A stretch of DNA of 36,736 nucleotides from an uncultured bacterium (GTDB lineage: Bacteria > Verrucomicrobiota > Kiritimatiellia > CAIQIC01 > Lenti-01). The position numbers were made by a program, and so were the translations under genes. The notes below the pieces were generated by a model, which saw nothing but the letters and a program-made list of their open reading frames with translations, was not told where the DNA came from and made no database searches. This document shows, piece after piece, positions 24,836-32,463 of the stretch (its first letter is position 1; every line of letters starts with the position of its first letter). The stretch lies in assembly GCA_902766695.1 (NCBI GenBank), contig CACXEY010000163.1:1-36736 (forward strand), written 5' to 3'.

Positions 24836-25525
24836 ATGGAACACAAGTGGCTGGGCGCGGGATTGCTGGCGATGGGGGTGGTCGGGTTGTGCACGCTGGT
24901 GGCGGGGCCGGGCGGGGCGGAACGGACGGTGACGGCGGCGGTGACGGTCGCGGCGGGGGACGTCGTGGAGTTGCCGGAAGCGCCGCGCGGGGGCGGGATG
25001 GGGGTGTACGGGGCGCTTGGGATGCGGGCGTCGGCGCGGGATTTCGCGGGAGGGGCGATCGGACCCGAGACGTGGTCGCGGCTGCTGTGGGCGGCCTGCG
25101 GCGTGAACCGGACGGACGGACGGTGGACGATTCCCACCGCGCTCAACCGGCGGGATCTGCGGGTGTACGTGCTGGATGCGGCCGGGGTGTGGCGGTACGA
25201 TCCGGAGGCGCATGCGCTGGTATGCCGGGCGGCCGGCGATTGGCGGGCGGTGTCGGGGGCGCAACCGTATGTCGCGGAAGCGGCGGCGAATCTGGTGTAC
25301 GTGGCGGTGCCGCCGGAGGGGAAGGGGCGCCGGGGGGCGCGGGAGGCGTGGGTGCGCTGCGCGGCTTTCGAGGCGGGGTGCGCGGCGCAGGGGGTCGCGC
25401 TGGCGTGCGCGTCGGAGGGACTCAAGAACGTCGTGCGGGGGTCGTATCCGGAAGCGGAATTGCGGGCGGTGCTGGGGCTCGCGGAGGACGAAATCATCCT
25501 CATGGCGCAGTCGGTCGGACCTTGA
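24836..25525 (+). CDS. Nitroreductase-fold (SagB-type dehydrogenase-like) protein with an N-terminal signal/anchor sequence
   Basis: ATG 24836 follows GGAGGA. N-terminal hydrophobic LGAGLLAMGVVGLCTLVAG. MRASARDF (RxxxRxF), WAACGVNR and C-terminal ILMAQSVG are typical of the fold. Confidence 0.65.
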   Translation: MEHKWLGAGLLAMGVVGLCTLVAGPGGAERTVTAAVTVAAGDVVELPEAPRGGGMGVYGALGMRASARDFAGGAIGPETWSRLLWAACGVNRTDGRWTIPTALNRRDLRVYVLDAAGVWRYDPEAHALVCRAAGDWRAVSGAQPYVAEAAANLVYVAVPPEGKGRRGAREAWVRCAAFEAGCAAQGVALACASEGLKNVVRGSYPEAELRAVLGLAEDEIILMAQSVGP

Positions 25526-25623
25526 TCGGCGGCGGGGCGGGATTTTTTCCCGGGCCTGTAACCCCGCGGGGGGGCCATGCGACTGGATGGGGCGAAAGAA
25601 AGGAATCCGAAAGGAGACATCGC

Positions 25624-26046
25624 ATGGAAAAGAAAACGAACAGCAAGTGGTTGGTCCGGATGGTGGCGTTCCCGGTGATCGCGGCGGTCATGCTGGCCGC
25701 GGCGCCGTCGGCGGTCGCGGGGCCGCACGGTCCCGGCCACCGGCACGGTCCTCCGCCCCCGCCTCCGGCCCACCATCATCACCATCACCACCACCACGGC
25801 GGCGACATCATCGCGGGCGCCGCGATCGCGGGGCTGACGTTCGGGGTCGTGGACTCGGTGTTCCGGTGGGCGAATCCCCCGCCGCCCCCGCCTCCGCCGC
25901 CCCCCCCGCCGCCTCCGCCGCGGCCGGTGGTGGTCTACGGCACGCCGGGCGCCACCGTGACCTACACCACGTACTCGCCGGCACCGGTGGTGTACGGGTA
26001 CCCGCCGCCCCCGCCGCCTCCGCCGCGCTGGCGCTACGGGTACTGA
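25624..26046 (+). CDS. Small exported low-complexity protein: signal peptide, His9 tract, glycine-zipper-like hydrophobic segment, poly-Pro tracts, Tyr-rich tail
   Basis: ATG 25624 follows AAAGGAG. Signal peptide VAFPVIAAVMLAAAPSAVA. Nine consecutive His codons. Pro runs of 6, 15 and 8. A strong terminator lies 29 nt after the stop. Confidence 0.6.
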   Translation: MEKKTNSKWLVRMVAFPVIAAVMLAAAPSAVAGPHGPGHRHGPPPPPPAHHHHHHHHHGGDIIAGAAIAGLTFGVVDSVFRWANPPPPPPPPPPPPPPPRPVVVYGTPGATVTYTTYSPAPVVYGYPPPPPPPPRWRYGY

Positions 26047-26074
26047 GAGCCGGCGAGAGAGTTCGCCGATAAGT

Positions 26075-26114
26075 CCGCCCCGTCCGGGATTGGTACCGGA
26101 CGGGGCGGGTTTTT
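26075..26114 (+). terminator. Rho-independent terminator
   Basis: 13-bp perfect stem ccgccccgtccgg / ccggacggggcgg, 8-nt loop, then gTTTTTg. Confidence 0.8.
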
Positions 26115-26301
26115 GCCACGGGGACCGGGTGGTTTCTCATGGGGGTTGCGATGATGGAAATCAATTGGATTTCAATGGGTTTTCCTTGATATCGCGCGTG
26201 GGTGCGAAGGGGGAGAGGATGGAGGGCGTGAAAGGCGTGCGGGATGTCCGAGGGAGGGAGGGGCAAAGGATCCGCGAAGGATCCGGGCCGCGTCGGGGCG
26301 G

Positions 26302-26330
26302 TTGACAAAACTGGGGGGGCGCGCCAGAAT
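26302..26330 (+). promoter_or_regulatory. Sigma70-like promoter of proS
   Basis: TTGACA (26302-26307), 17-nt spacer, CAGAAT (26325-26330). It lies about 43 nt upstream of the ATG. Confidence 0.5.
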
Positions 26331-26372
26331 CGGCAGAAAACGAATAATCCACCGATTCCCGGAGTAGACACC

Positions 26373-27950
26373 ATGAGCAATCCCAACGCATCCGCCAAAC
26401 CCGCCAAGGGCGCCCCGCAGCAGGCATCCGACGGCATCACCCCGCGCGCCCGCGACTACGGGCAGTGGTACCTGGACGTCGTCAAGCGCGGCGACCTCGC
26501 CGAGCATTCGTCCGTCCGCGGGTGCATGGTCATCAAGCCGCACGGATACGCCATCTGGGAGCGGTTGCAGCGCGAGCTGGACGACCGGTTCAAGGCGACC
26601 GGGCACTCGAACGCGTATTTTCCGATCTTCATCCCGCTCTCCCTGCTGGCGAAGGAGGAGGAGCACGCGGCCGGGTTCGCGAAGGAATGCGCGGTGGTCA
26701 CGCACTACCGGCTCAAGGCTGTCGACGGCAAGGTCGGCGTGGACCCCGAATCCAAGCTGGAAGAGCCGCTGATCGTGCGTCCGACGAGCGAGACGATCAT
26801 CTGGAACCAGTACAAGAACTGGATCCAGAGCTACCGCGATCTGCCCATCCTGGTCAACCAGTGGGCGAACGTGGTGCGCTGGGAGATGCGGACGCGGCTG
26901 TTCCTGCGGACGGCCGAGTTCCTGTGGCAGGAGGGGCACACGGCGCACGCGACGGAGGCCGAGGCGCGCGAGGAAGTCTCGCGGATGCTGGAGGTCTACG
27001 CGGACGTGGCGGAGAACGTCATGGCGGTGCCCGTGGTGCGCGGCCACAAGACCGAGGGCGAACGCTTCGCCGGCGCCGTGGACACGCAGTGCATCGAAGG
27101 CATGATGCAGGACGGCAAGGCCCTCCAGATGGGCACGAGCCACTACCTCGGGCAGAACTTCGCGAAGAGCGCCGACGTCAAGTTCCTCAACAAGGAAGGC
27201 CAGCTGGAATACGTGCACGCGACGAGCTGGGGCGTCTCGACGCGCCTGATCGGGGCGCTCATCATGACGCACTCCGACGACAACGGGCTTGTGCTGCCGC
27301 CGAAGCTCGCGCCGGTGCAGGTGGTGGTGATTCCGATTTACAAGACCGCCGAGGAGCAGGCCGCGACGACCGCCGAGGCCAACGCCGTCGCCGACGCGCT
27401 CAAGGCCAAGGGCATCCGCGTCAAGGTGGACGACCGCGAAGGCATGCAGCCGGGCGCGAAGTACTACGAGTGGGAGCGCAAGGGCGTGCCGGTGCGCATC
27501 GAGGTGGGCCCGCGCGACCTGGAGAAGGGGTCGCTTTGCCTGGTGCGGCGGTTCGTCATCGAGAACGAAGGCGAGGCCGAGCAGGAGCTCCGCAAGCGCA
27601 AAAAACAGTTCGTCCCGCGCCAGGAGGCCATCGATGGGCTGCCGGCGCTGCTGGACACGCTGCAGAAGGAGCTGCTGGAGCGGGCGCGGAAGATCCGCGA
27701 GAAGAAGACGCGCGTCATCGACACGCTGGAAGACTTCGAGAAATTCTTCAAGGAAGAAGGCGGCGGCTTCGCCTGGGTGCACTGGGCGGGCGGCCGCGCC
27801 GAAGAGGAAGAGATGGCCAAGCGCTACGAGACGAGCATCCGGTGCATCCCGTTCGACGACCAGATTCCCGAGGCCGCGCGCGGCGCGGGGACCTGCATCC
27901 TGACCGGGAAGCCGAGCGAACGGCGCGTTCTGATGGCGAAGGCGTACTGA
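26373..27950 (+). CDS. proS: Prolyl-tRNA synthetase, archaeal/eukaryote-like type (no INS editing domain, C-terminal Zn-binding-type domain)
   Basis: Trimmed to ATG 26373 ([10 protein letters not shown]). [77 protein letters not shown], and a tail ending in AKAY. Confidence 0.95.
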   Translation: MSNPNASAKPAKGAPQQASDGITPRARDYGQWYLDVVKRGDLAEHSSVRGCMVIKPHGYAIWERLQRELDDRFKATGHSNAYFPIFIPLSLLAKEEEHAAGFAKECAVVTHYRLKAVDGKVGVDPESKLEEPLIVRPTSETIIWNQYKNWIQSYRDLPILVNQWANVVRWEMRTRLFLRTAEFLWQEGHTAHATEAEAREEVSRMLEVYADVAENVMAVPVVRGHKTEGERFAGAVDTQCIEGMMQDGKALQMGTSHYLGQNFAKSADVKFLNKEGQLEYVHATSWGVSTRLIGALIMTHSDDNGLVLPPKLAPVQVVVIPIYKTAEEQAATTAEANAVADALKAKGIRVKVDDREGMQPGAKYYEWERKGVPVRIEVGPRDLEKGSLCLVRRFVIENEGEAEQELRKRKKQFVPRQEAIDGLPALLDTLQKELLERARKIREKKTRVIDTLEDFEKFFKEEGGGFAWVHWAGGRAEEEEMAKRYETSIRCIPFDDQIPEAARGAGTCILTGKPSERRVLMAKAY

Positions 27951-27972
27951 GACGGTTCAAGCCGCGAGGTTC

Positions 27973-28014
27973 TCCCTTGTGCCGACGATGGGCGGCACAA
28001 GGGATTTTTGTTTT
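27973..28014 (+). terminator. Rho-independent terminator of proS
   Basis: 12-bp stem tcccttgtgccg / cggcacaaggga, 8-nt loop, then TTTTTgTTTT. Confidence 0.8.
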
Positions 28015-28087
28015 CCGCGTGCCCGACGGTCGTGGAGGCGGGGTGGCCGACGGAGCGGCCACGGCCGCCCCTCTACGGGATGGAGGT

Positions 28088-29332
28088 TCAGGCGCGGGCG
28101 TCGAGGAGGGAGAAGGCTTCGGTGAGGAGGGAGCGGTGGTGGCCGGGGGCGAGGACGAGGTGGTTGCCGAGGGGGCGGGAGAGGAGGAGGTCCAGGGCGT
28201 CGGAAGGAATGCGGACGAGGGCCTGGGTGCGGCATTGGCCGTCGTCGTGGGTGTCGGCGAGGAGTTCGCCTTCGGTGCACCAGCATTCGCCGAGGTCGGC
28301 GCCGCCGAGGCGCAGGAGGGTGACGGGGCCGCGCGGGAGGGTGCCGTCGATGCCGAGACCGAGGCCGGATTCGAAGTGGGTCTTGAAGGCGTAGGAGCCG
28401 ACGAGGCCGAGCGGGATGGTGCAGTGGGCGAGACGGAGGTCGCCGGTGGCGGGGTCTAGGGCGGCGGGGTTGGCCATCCAGGCGGGGCGTCCGGTCAGGT
28501 GCCAGAGCCAGCGGAGGGCGAGGATGGACGGGATGTCGCCTTCGCATCCGGCACTGATGCCGGAGTCGGCCAGCAGGGCGAGGGCCAGGCAGCCGGTGGT
28601 GCCGTCCTGGCGGACCCAGTCGAAGCACCGGACGGTGATGGCGGAGAGGGCGTACTTGGCCACGACGGCCTTCAGGGCCCGGTGGAGGGCGACGGCCTGG
28701 GCGTAGGCGGATTCGGACACGCCGTCGTGGGAGGTGGCGCCGCGCCAGGGGACGAGTTCGGACGGGGTGGGCGGCGTCGCCAGCTCTTGGCGCATGAGGG
28801 TGCGGACTTCGTCGAGGGTGACGGGTACGAGTTCGGCGCCGAAGCGGCGGCGCACGGTGGCGGCGTCCTGCGAACTGGCGACGAGCCAGTCGGACGGGGT
28901 GCCGATCTGGCCGATGCGTTCGCCGGCGAGGCGGCGGTTGGCGTCGAGGGCCTTGGCGGTACGGGCGATGGCGGAGAGGGTTCCGGCGTCGTCGGGGGCG
29001 CGGAGGAGGTGGATGCGGCCCTGGCCGCCGAGCTGGCGGACGCGGGCGAGGATTTCGAGGGAGGCCGGGAGGGAGTTGTGGCCGGGATGGGCGACGAGCA
29101 GTACGGGGCCGCGTCCGCCGGCGGCGCGCCAGGCGTCGATGCGGCGCAGTACTTCGCCTTCGACGCCGCCGGTGAGGACGAACCAGAAGGGGGTGTCGGC
29201 GGCGGCCGGAACGGGGTCCGGGGCGGGGGCGCCGCCGATGGACTGGAGGGCGCGGTGGAAGGCGCCGGTGGCGGCCTCCAGGGAGGCGGCATCGTGCAGG
29301 GGGGATGCGACGGGAATGTAGGGGAAGGACAT
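28088..29332 (-). CDS. L-fucose/L-arabinose isomerase-like family protein (COG2407-like); function tentative
   Basis: Trimmed from ORF 28088..29509 to ATG 29332 (MSFPYIPV). Size ~414 aa. The region ITVRCFD...GCLALALLADSGISAGCEGDIPSILAL resembles the FucI/AraA-like catalytic core. Motif-level recognition only. Confidence 0.5.
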   Translation of the reverse strand: MSFPYIPVASPLHDAASLEAATGAFHRALQSIGGAPAPDPVPAAADTPFWFVLTGGVEGEVLRRIDAWRAAGGRGPVLLVAHPGHNSLPASLEILARVRQLGGQGRIHLLRAPDDAGTLSAIARTAKALDANRRLAGERIGQIGTPSDWLVASSQDAATVRRRFGAELVPVTLDEVRTLMRQELATPPTPSELVPWRGATSHDGVSESAYAQAVALHRALKAVVAKYALSAITVRCFDWVRQDGTTGCLALALLADSGISAGCEGDIPSILALRWLWHLTGRPAWMANPAALDPATGDLRLAHCTIPLGLVGSYAFKTHFESGLGLGIDGTLPRGPVTLLRLGGADLGECWCTEGELLADTHDDGQCRTQALVRIPSDALDLLLSRPLGNHLVLAPGHHRSLLTEAFSLLDARA

Positions 29333-29433
29333 CGGAAAACCTCGCTTTCGTTTACGGCTCCAGCCTAGCGGAAAGGCGGCGGGGAAGCAATCCCGGTCTC
29401 GCGCCAGGGCGCCGGGAGGAAGAGGGGCGGAGA

Positions 29434-29444
29434 GGGGGGGGGGG
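29434..29444. repeat. G11 homopolymer (C11 on the gene-sense strand) inside a purine-only intergenic region
   Basis: Read directly as a-GGGGGGGGGGG-a-GGGGG. It lies 102-112 nt upstream of the isomerase-like ATG. Confidence 0.95.
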
Positions 29445-29601
29445 AGGGGGAAAAGGTGGCGGAAAAGTTCATGGGGGGAGGGATGAGGGGAAATGAGTGA
29501 AAAGGGCAATGTTTCTCATGTTTGCAAAAGTGGGGAGGGTGAGGGGGGAGAGAGGGGGGCGGGCGCGGCTGACAGCCGCGCCTCAGGAAGGAGGGGGGAA
29601 G

Positions 29602-29637
29602 AAAAACGGCGGTCTCCGGGTTGGGGAGGCCGCCGCC
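29602..29637 (-). terminator. Probable intrinsic terminator ending the BMC operon
   Basis: On the minus strand: cggcggcctcc - ccaacc - ggagaccgccg (11-bp stem with one mismatch) followed by TTTTT. It starts about 23 nt after the BMC-P stop. Confidence 0.45.
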
Positions 29638-29659
29638 AGGGAATGGAAACGGAAAGGGG

Positions 29660-29950
29660 TCAGTCCTTGACGTAGAGGGTCTTGCCGCCGATTTCCCAGG
29701 TGTCGACGATGGCCATGATGACGGCATCGACAGGACGGTTCTGGGTGATCGTGGTCTGGCGGGCGGAGGAGCCGGCCGCGGTCAGGACGTACTCGCCGGG
29801 ACCCGCGCCCATGGCGTCGGCGGCGACGACGAAGTTGCCGGTTTCCTTGCCGTCGGTGCCGACGAGGCGGACCAGCAGGAAGCGGATTCCGTCCAGGGAC
29901 GGCTCTTTGCGGGTGGATACGACGGTGCCGACGACTTTGCCGAGGTTCAT
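29660..29950 (-). CDS. BMC-P pentameric vertex shell protein (EutN/CcmL family, PF03319-like)
   Basis: 96 aa. [30 protein letters not shown]...[16 protein letters not shown]...[10 protein letters not shown]. Typical length and N-terminal motif. Confidence 0.9.
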   Translation of the reverse strand: MNLGKVVGTVVSTRKEPSLDGIRFLLVRLVGTDGKETGNFVVAADAMGAGPGEYVLTAAGSSARQTTITQNRPVDAVIMAIVDTWEIGGKTLYVKD

Positions 29951-30058
29951 GGGGTTCTCCGGGAGGGTGGACGGGATGGTCAGGAAGGGGGAAGGAATGG
30001 TGCGCGGGGAGGGCAGGGGGCTGTGGCCCGCCCGCCGGCCCTCCCCCGCGCGGAGGGA

Positions 30059-30361
30059 TTACTTCCGGCCCTTCGGGGCTTCGGGAGCGCGGCCCAGCGG
30101 CAGCACGGCGTCGACGTTGGCGTGCGGACGCGCGATGACGTGGACGGAGACGACTTCGCCGACGCGGCCGGCGGCGATCTGCCCGGCGTCGCAGGCGGCC
30201 TTGACGGCGGCGACGTCGCCGCGGACGATGACGGTGGTGAAACCGCCGCCGGTCTTTTCGTAGGTGACGAGTTCGACCTTGGCGGCCTTGACCATCGCAT
30301 CGGCGGCCTCGACGGTCGCGGGGAAGGAACGGGTTTCGATCATTCCGAGTGCATCTGCCAT
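30059..30361 (-). CDS. BMC-H hexameric shell protein (PduA/EutM-type, PF00936-like)
   Basis: 100 aa. [29 protein letters not shown]...[16 protein letters not shown], followed by a short basic C-terminal tail. AGAGG lies 7 nt upstream of the ATG. Confidence 0.92.
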   Translation of the reverse strand: MADALGMIETRSFPATVEAADAMVKAAKVELVTYEKTGGGFTTVIVRGDVAAVKAACDAGQIAAGRVGEVVSVHVIARPHANVDAVLPLGRAPEAPKGRK

Positions 30362-30402
30362 AATTTTACCTCTTGTTGTTTCGGGGTTGCTTTTTTAAAT
30401 CT

Positions 30403-31689
30403 TCAGCGTCCGCCGCAGGCGGCGAGGGCTTCTTCCATCATCTTGACGGAGGAGGAGGCGCCGATGCGGGTGGCGCCGTTGCGGATCATGAGCATGGCGT
30501 CGGCGTAGGTGCGGACGCCGCCGGAGGCCTTGACGCCGAGCTTGGGGGCGACGGTGCGGGCCATGAGGGCGACGTCCTCGGCCTTGGCCCCGCCCTTGTT
30601 GAAGCCGGTGGAGGTCTTGACGTAGTCGGCGCGGGCCTTCATGGAAGCAAGGCAGGCCTTGACGATCTCGTCGGGAGTCAGCAGGCAGGTCTCGAGGATG
30701 ACCTTGAGCAGGCCGCGGCCGTCCTTGACGGATTCGCAGACGGTGCGGATGTCGCGCGCGACGCCGTCCCAGTCGCCGGACTTGGCCTTGCCGACGTTGA
30801 TGACCATGTCGATTTCGCGGGCGCCGTTGCGCATGGCGTTGCGGGCTTCCATGGCCATCATCTGCGCGGACATGGCGCCGAGCGGGAACCCGACGACGGC
30901 GCAGACCTTGACGGAGGAGCCGCGGAGGGCCTGGGCGGCGACGGGGACCATCGCGGAGTTCACGCAGCAGCTCCAGAAGTTGTACTGGATGGCTTCGGCG
31001 CAGAGTTTCTTCACGTCGTCGGCCGTGGCCTCGGGCTTGAGGAGGGTGTGGTCGATCATGCGCGCGAGCTGCTGGGCGGAAAGGTTGCCGGTGGCGGCCG
31101 CGACCTGGGCGCCGCCGACGGCGCAACCGCCGCCGACGATCTGCTTCACTCGCTCGGCGATCCGGGCGATGTCCTGGGGGCTGAGGTCCAATTTCATCTC
31201 CTTCATTGCGGCCATGACGGGCGAAGCCGCGCGTCCGGTCTCGAGGTCCTTGATCATCCGGACGCGCCGCAGGTGCCTCTCTTCGGTGCAGTCCGTGGCC
31301 AGGAAGGTCTGGATGATGCCTTTGGCCTGTTCGAAAGGGGTCTGTCCGGAGCCGAGGGTGAGGAGGTTGGCTCCGTTGTGCTGGCGGGAATTGCGGGCGA
31401 GGGCCTCGTTGTAGCAGGCGGCGGCGCGGACGCCGGGGATCTTGTTGGCGGTCATCGCGGAGCCGATGCCGGCGCCGTCGACCATGATGCCGACGTCGGC
31501 GCGGCCGGCGGCGACGGTACGGGCGACCTTGGCGGCGAAGACGGGGTAATCGACGGAGGGGGTCTTGGCGGCGGTGCCGACGTCGATGACGGCATGGCCG
31601 AGCGACTTGAGCCAGGAGGCGATCTGCTCCTTGAGCTCGAAGCCGCCGTGGTCGGCGCCGACGACGATTCTGCACGTTCCCGTTGACAT
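30403..31689 (-). CDS. Bifunctional fusion: RpiB/LacAB-type sugar-phosphate isomerase (N-terminal) + deoxyribose-phosphate aldolase DeoC/DERA (C-terminal)
   Basis: Only the last 428 codons of the 1420-aa ORF 30403..34665 are credible (ATG 31689, MSTGTCRIVVGADHGGFELK). The RpiB fold ends near ...ERHLRRVRMIKDLE. The DERA part has IDHTLLKPEAT, VVGFPLGA, EIDMVIN, YVKTSTGF and GVKASGGVR. Confidence 0.9.
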   Translation of the reverse strand: MSTGTCRIVVGADHGGFELKEQIASWLKSLGHAVIDVGTAAKTPSVDYPVFAAKVARTVAAGRADVGIMVDGAGIGSAMTANKIPGVRAAACYNEALARNSRQHNGANLLTLGSGQTPFEQAKGIIQTFLATDCTEERHLRRVRMIKDLETGRAASPVMAAMKEMKLDLSPQDIARIAERVKQIVGGGCAVGGAQVAAATGNLSAQQLARMIDHTLLKPEATADDVKKLCAEAIQYNFWSCCVNSAMVPVAAQALRGSSVKVCAVVGFPLGAMSAQMMAMEARNAMRNGAREIDMVINVGKAKSGDWDGVARDIRTVCESVKDGRGLLKVILETCLLTPDEIVKACLASMKARADYVKTSTGFNKGGAKAEDVALMARTVAPKLGVKASGGVRTYADAMLMIRNGATRIGASSSVKMMEEALAACGGR

Positions 31690-31821
31690 GATGCGGGAAG
31701 TTTCCTCCCGTACGGCGCGCGCGGCAAGCGGAAAGCGGGGGGGCGGGGTGAAACGGTTTACCCCGCGGCGGGGCGACTTGCGGCTTGCGGGGCGGGGCGG
31801 GGGCGGGGTATGGTGGGAGGC

Positions 31822-32400
31822 ATGAGCAAGGAACTGACGATACAGACGTACGGGGCGCCCGTGCTGAGGGAGAAGGCGGTGGCCGTGGAGGCCGTCACGC
31901 CGGAACTGCGCAAGCTCGCGAAGGACATGGTCTTCACCATGCACCGCGCGAACGGGGTGGGGCTGGCGGCGCAGCAGGTGGGGCGGACGGAGTCGGTGTG
32001 CGTGATCGACGTGCCGGCGGAGTACGATGTCGAGGAGCGCGGCAAGGGCGGGGAGCGGCTGAACCCGGACGTGGAGATGCCGCTGGTGCTGTTCAATCCG
32101 CGCATCGTCGCGGCGTCGGAGGACGAGACGGCGGCGCAGGAGGAGGGGTGCCTGAGCTTTCCCGGGATCAACGGGAGCGTGGAGCGTCCGTGGCGGGTGC
32201 GGGTGGCGTACCTGGATATCGACGGGCGGGAGCGGGAGACGGAGCTGGTGGGGTTCGTCGCGCGCGCGGCGCAGCACGAAATCGACCATCTGGAGGGGAC
32301 GCTGTTCATCGACCGGTTCAAGTACGTCAAGAAGCTGGCGGTGCGGGGCAAGCTCAAGAAGCTCAAGGAAGAGACGCTGGAGGGGCTGGCGGAGGCGTAA
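31822..32400 (+). CDS. def: Peptide deformylase
   Basis: The three canonical motifs are present: GVGLAAQQVG, EGCLSFPG, QHEIDHLEG. ATG 31822 is preferred because GGTGGGAGG lies just upstream. An alternative ATG is at 31810. Confidence 0.93.
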   Translation: MSKELTIQTYGAPVLREKAVAVEAVTPELRKLAKDMVFTMHRANGVGLAAQQVGRTESVCVIDVPAEYDVEERGKGGERLNPDVEMPLVLFNPRIVAASEDETAAQEEGCLSFPGINGSVERPWRVRVAYLDIDGRERETELVGFVARAAQHEIDHLEGTLFIDRFKYVKKLAVRGKLKKLKEETLEGLAEA

Positions 32401-32463
32401 GCGGGGGGGGGCGAACTTTTTCCGGGGCCATGCAATAAATCCGGGGGGGCGGCGTTGTAGGGG

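Noticed and set aside
25740-26040. CCG/CCC-rich simple-sequence DNA
   Set aside because: It is explained by the His and Pro codon runs of the small exported protein, which has a good SD, a signal peptide and a strong terminator. It is not an independent DNA repeat element.
26116-26372. Possible T-box or other leader RNA upstream of proS, including small inverted repeats (GAAATC-N5-GATTTC, and two AAGGATCCG direct repeats)
   Set aside because: The best promoter (TTGACA-17-CAGAAT) leaves only about 40 nt of leader. That is too short for a T-box. No specifier or antiterminator architecture is visible, and the repeats are short.
29951-30058. Hairpin (CCCTCC-N7-GGAGGG, 30039-30057) in the 108-nt spacer between BMC-H and BMC-P as an attenuator setting hexamer:pentamer stoichiometry
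   Set aside because: The stem is only 6 bp and has no U-tract. The idea is plausible but cannot be supported from sequence alone.
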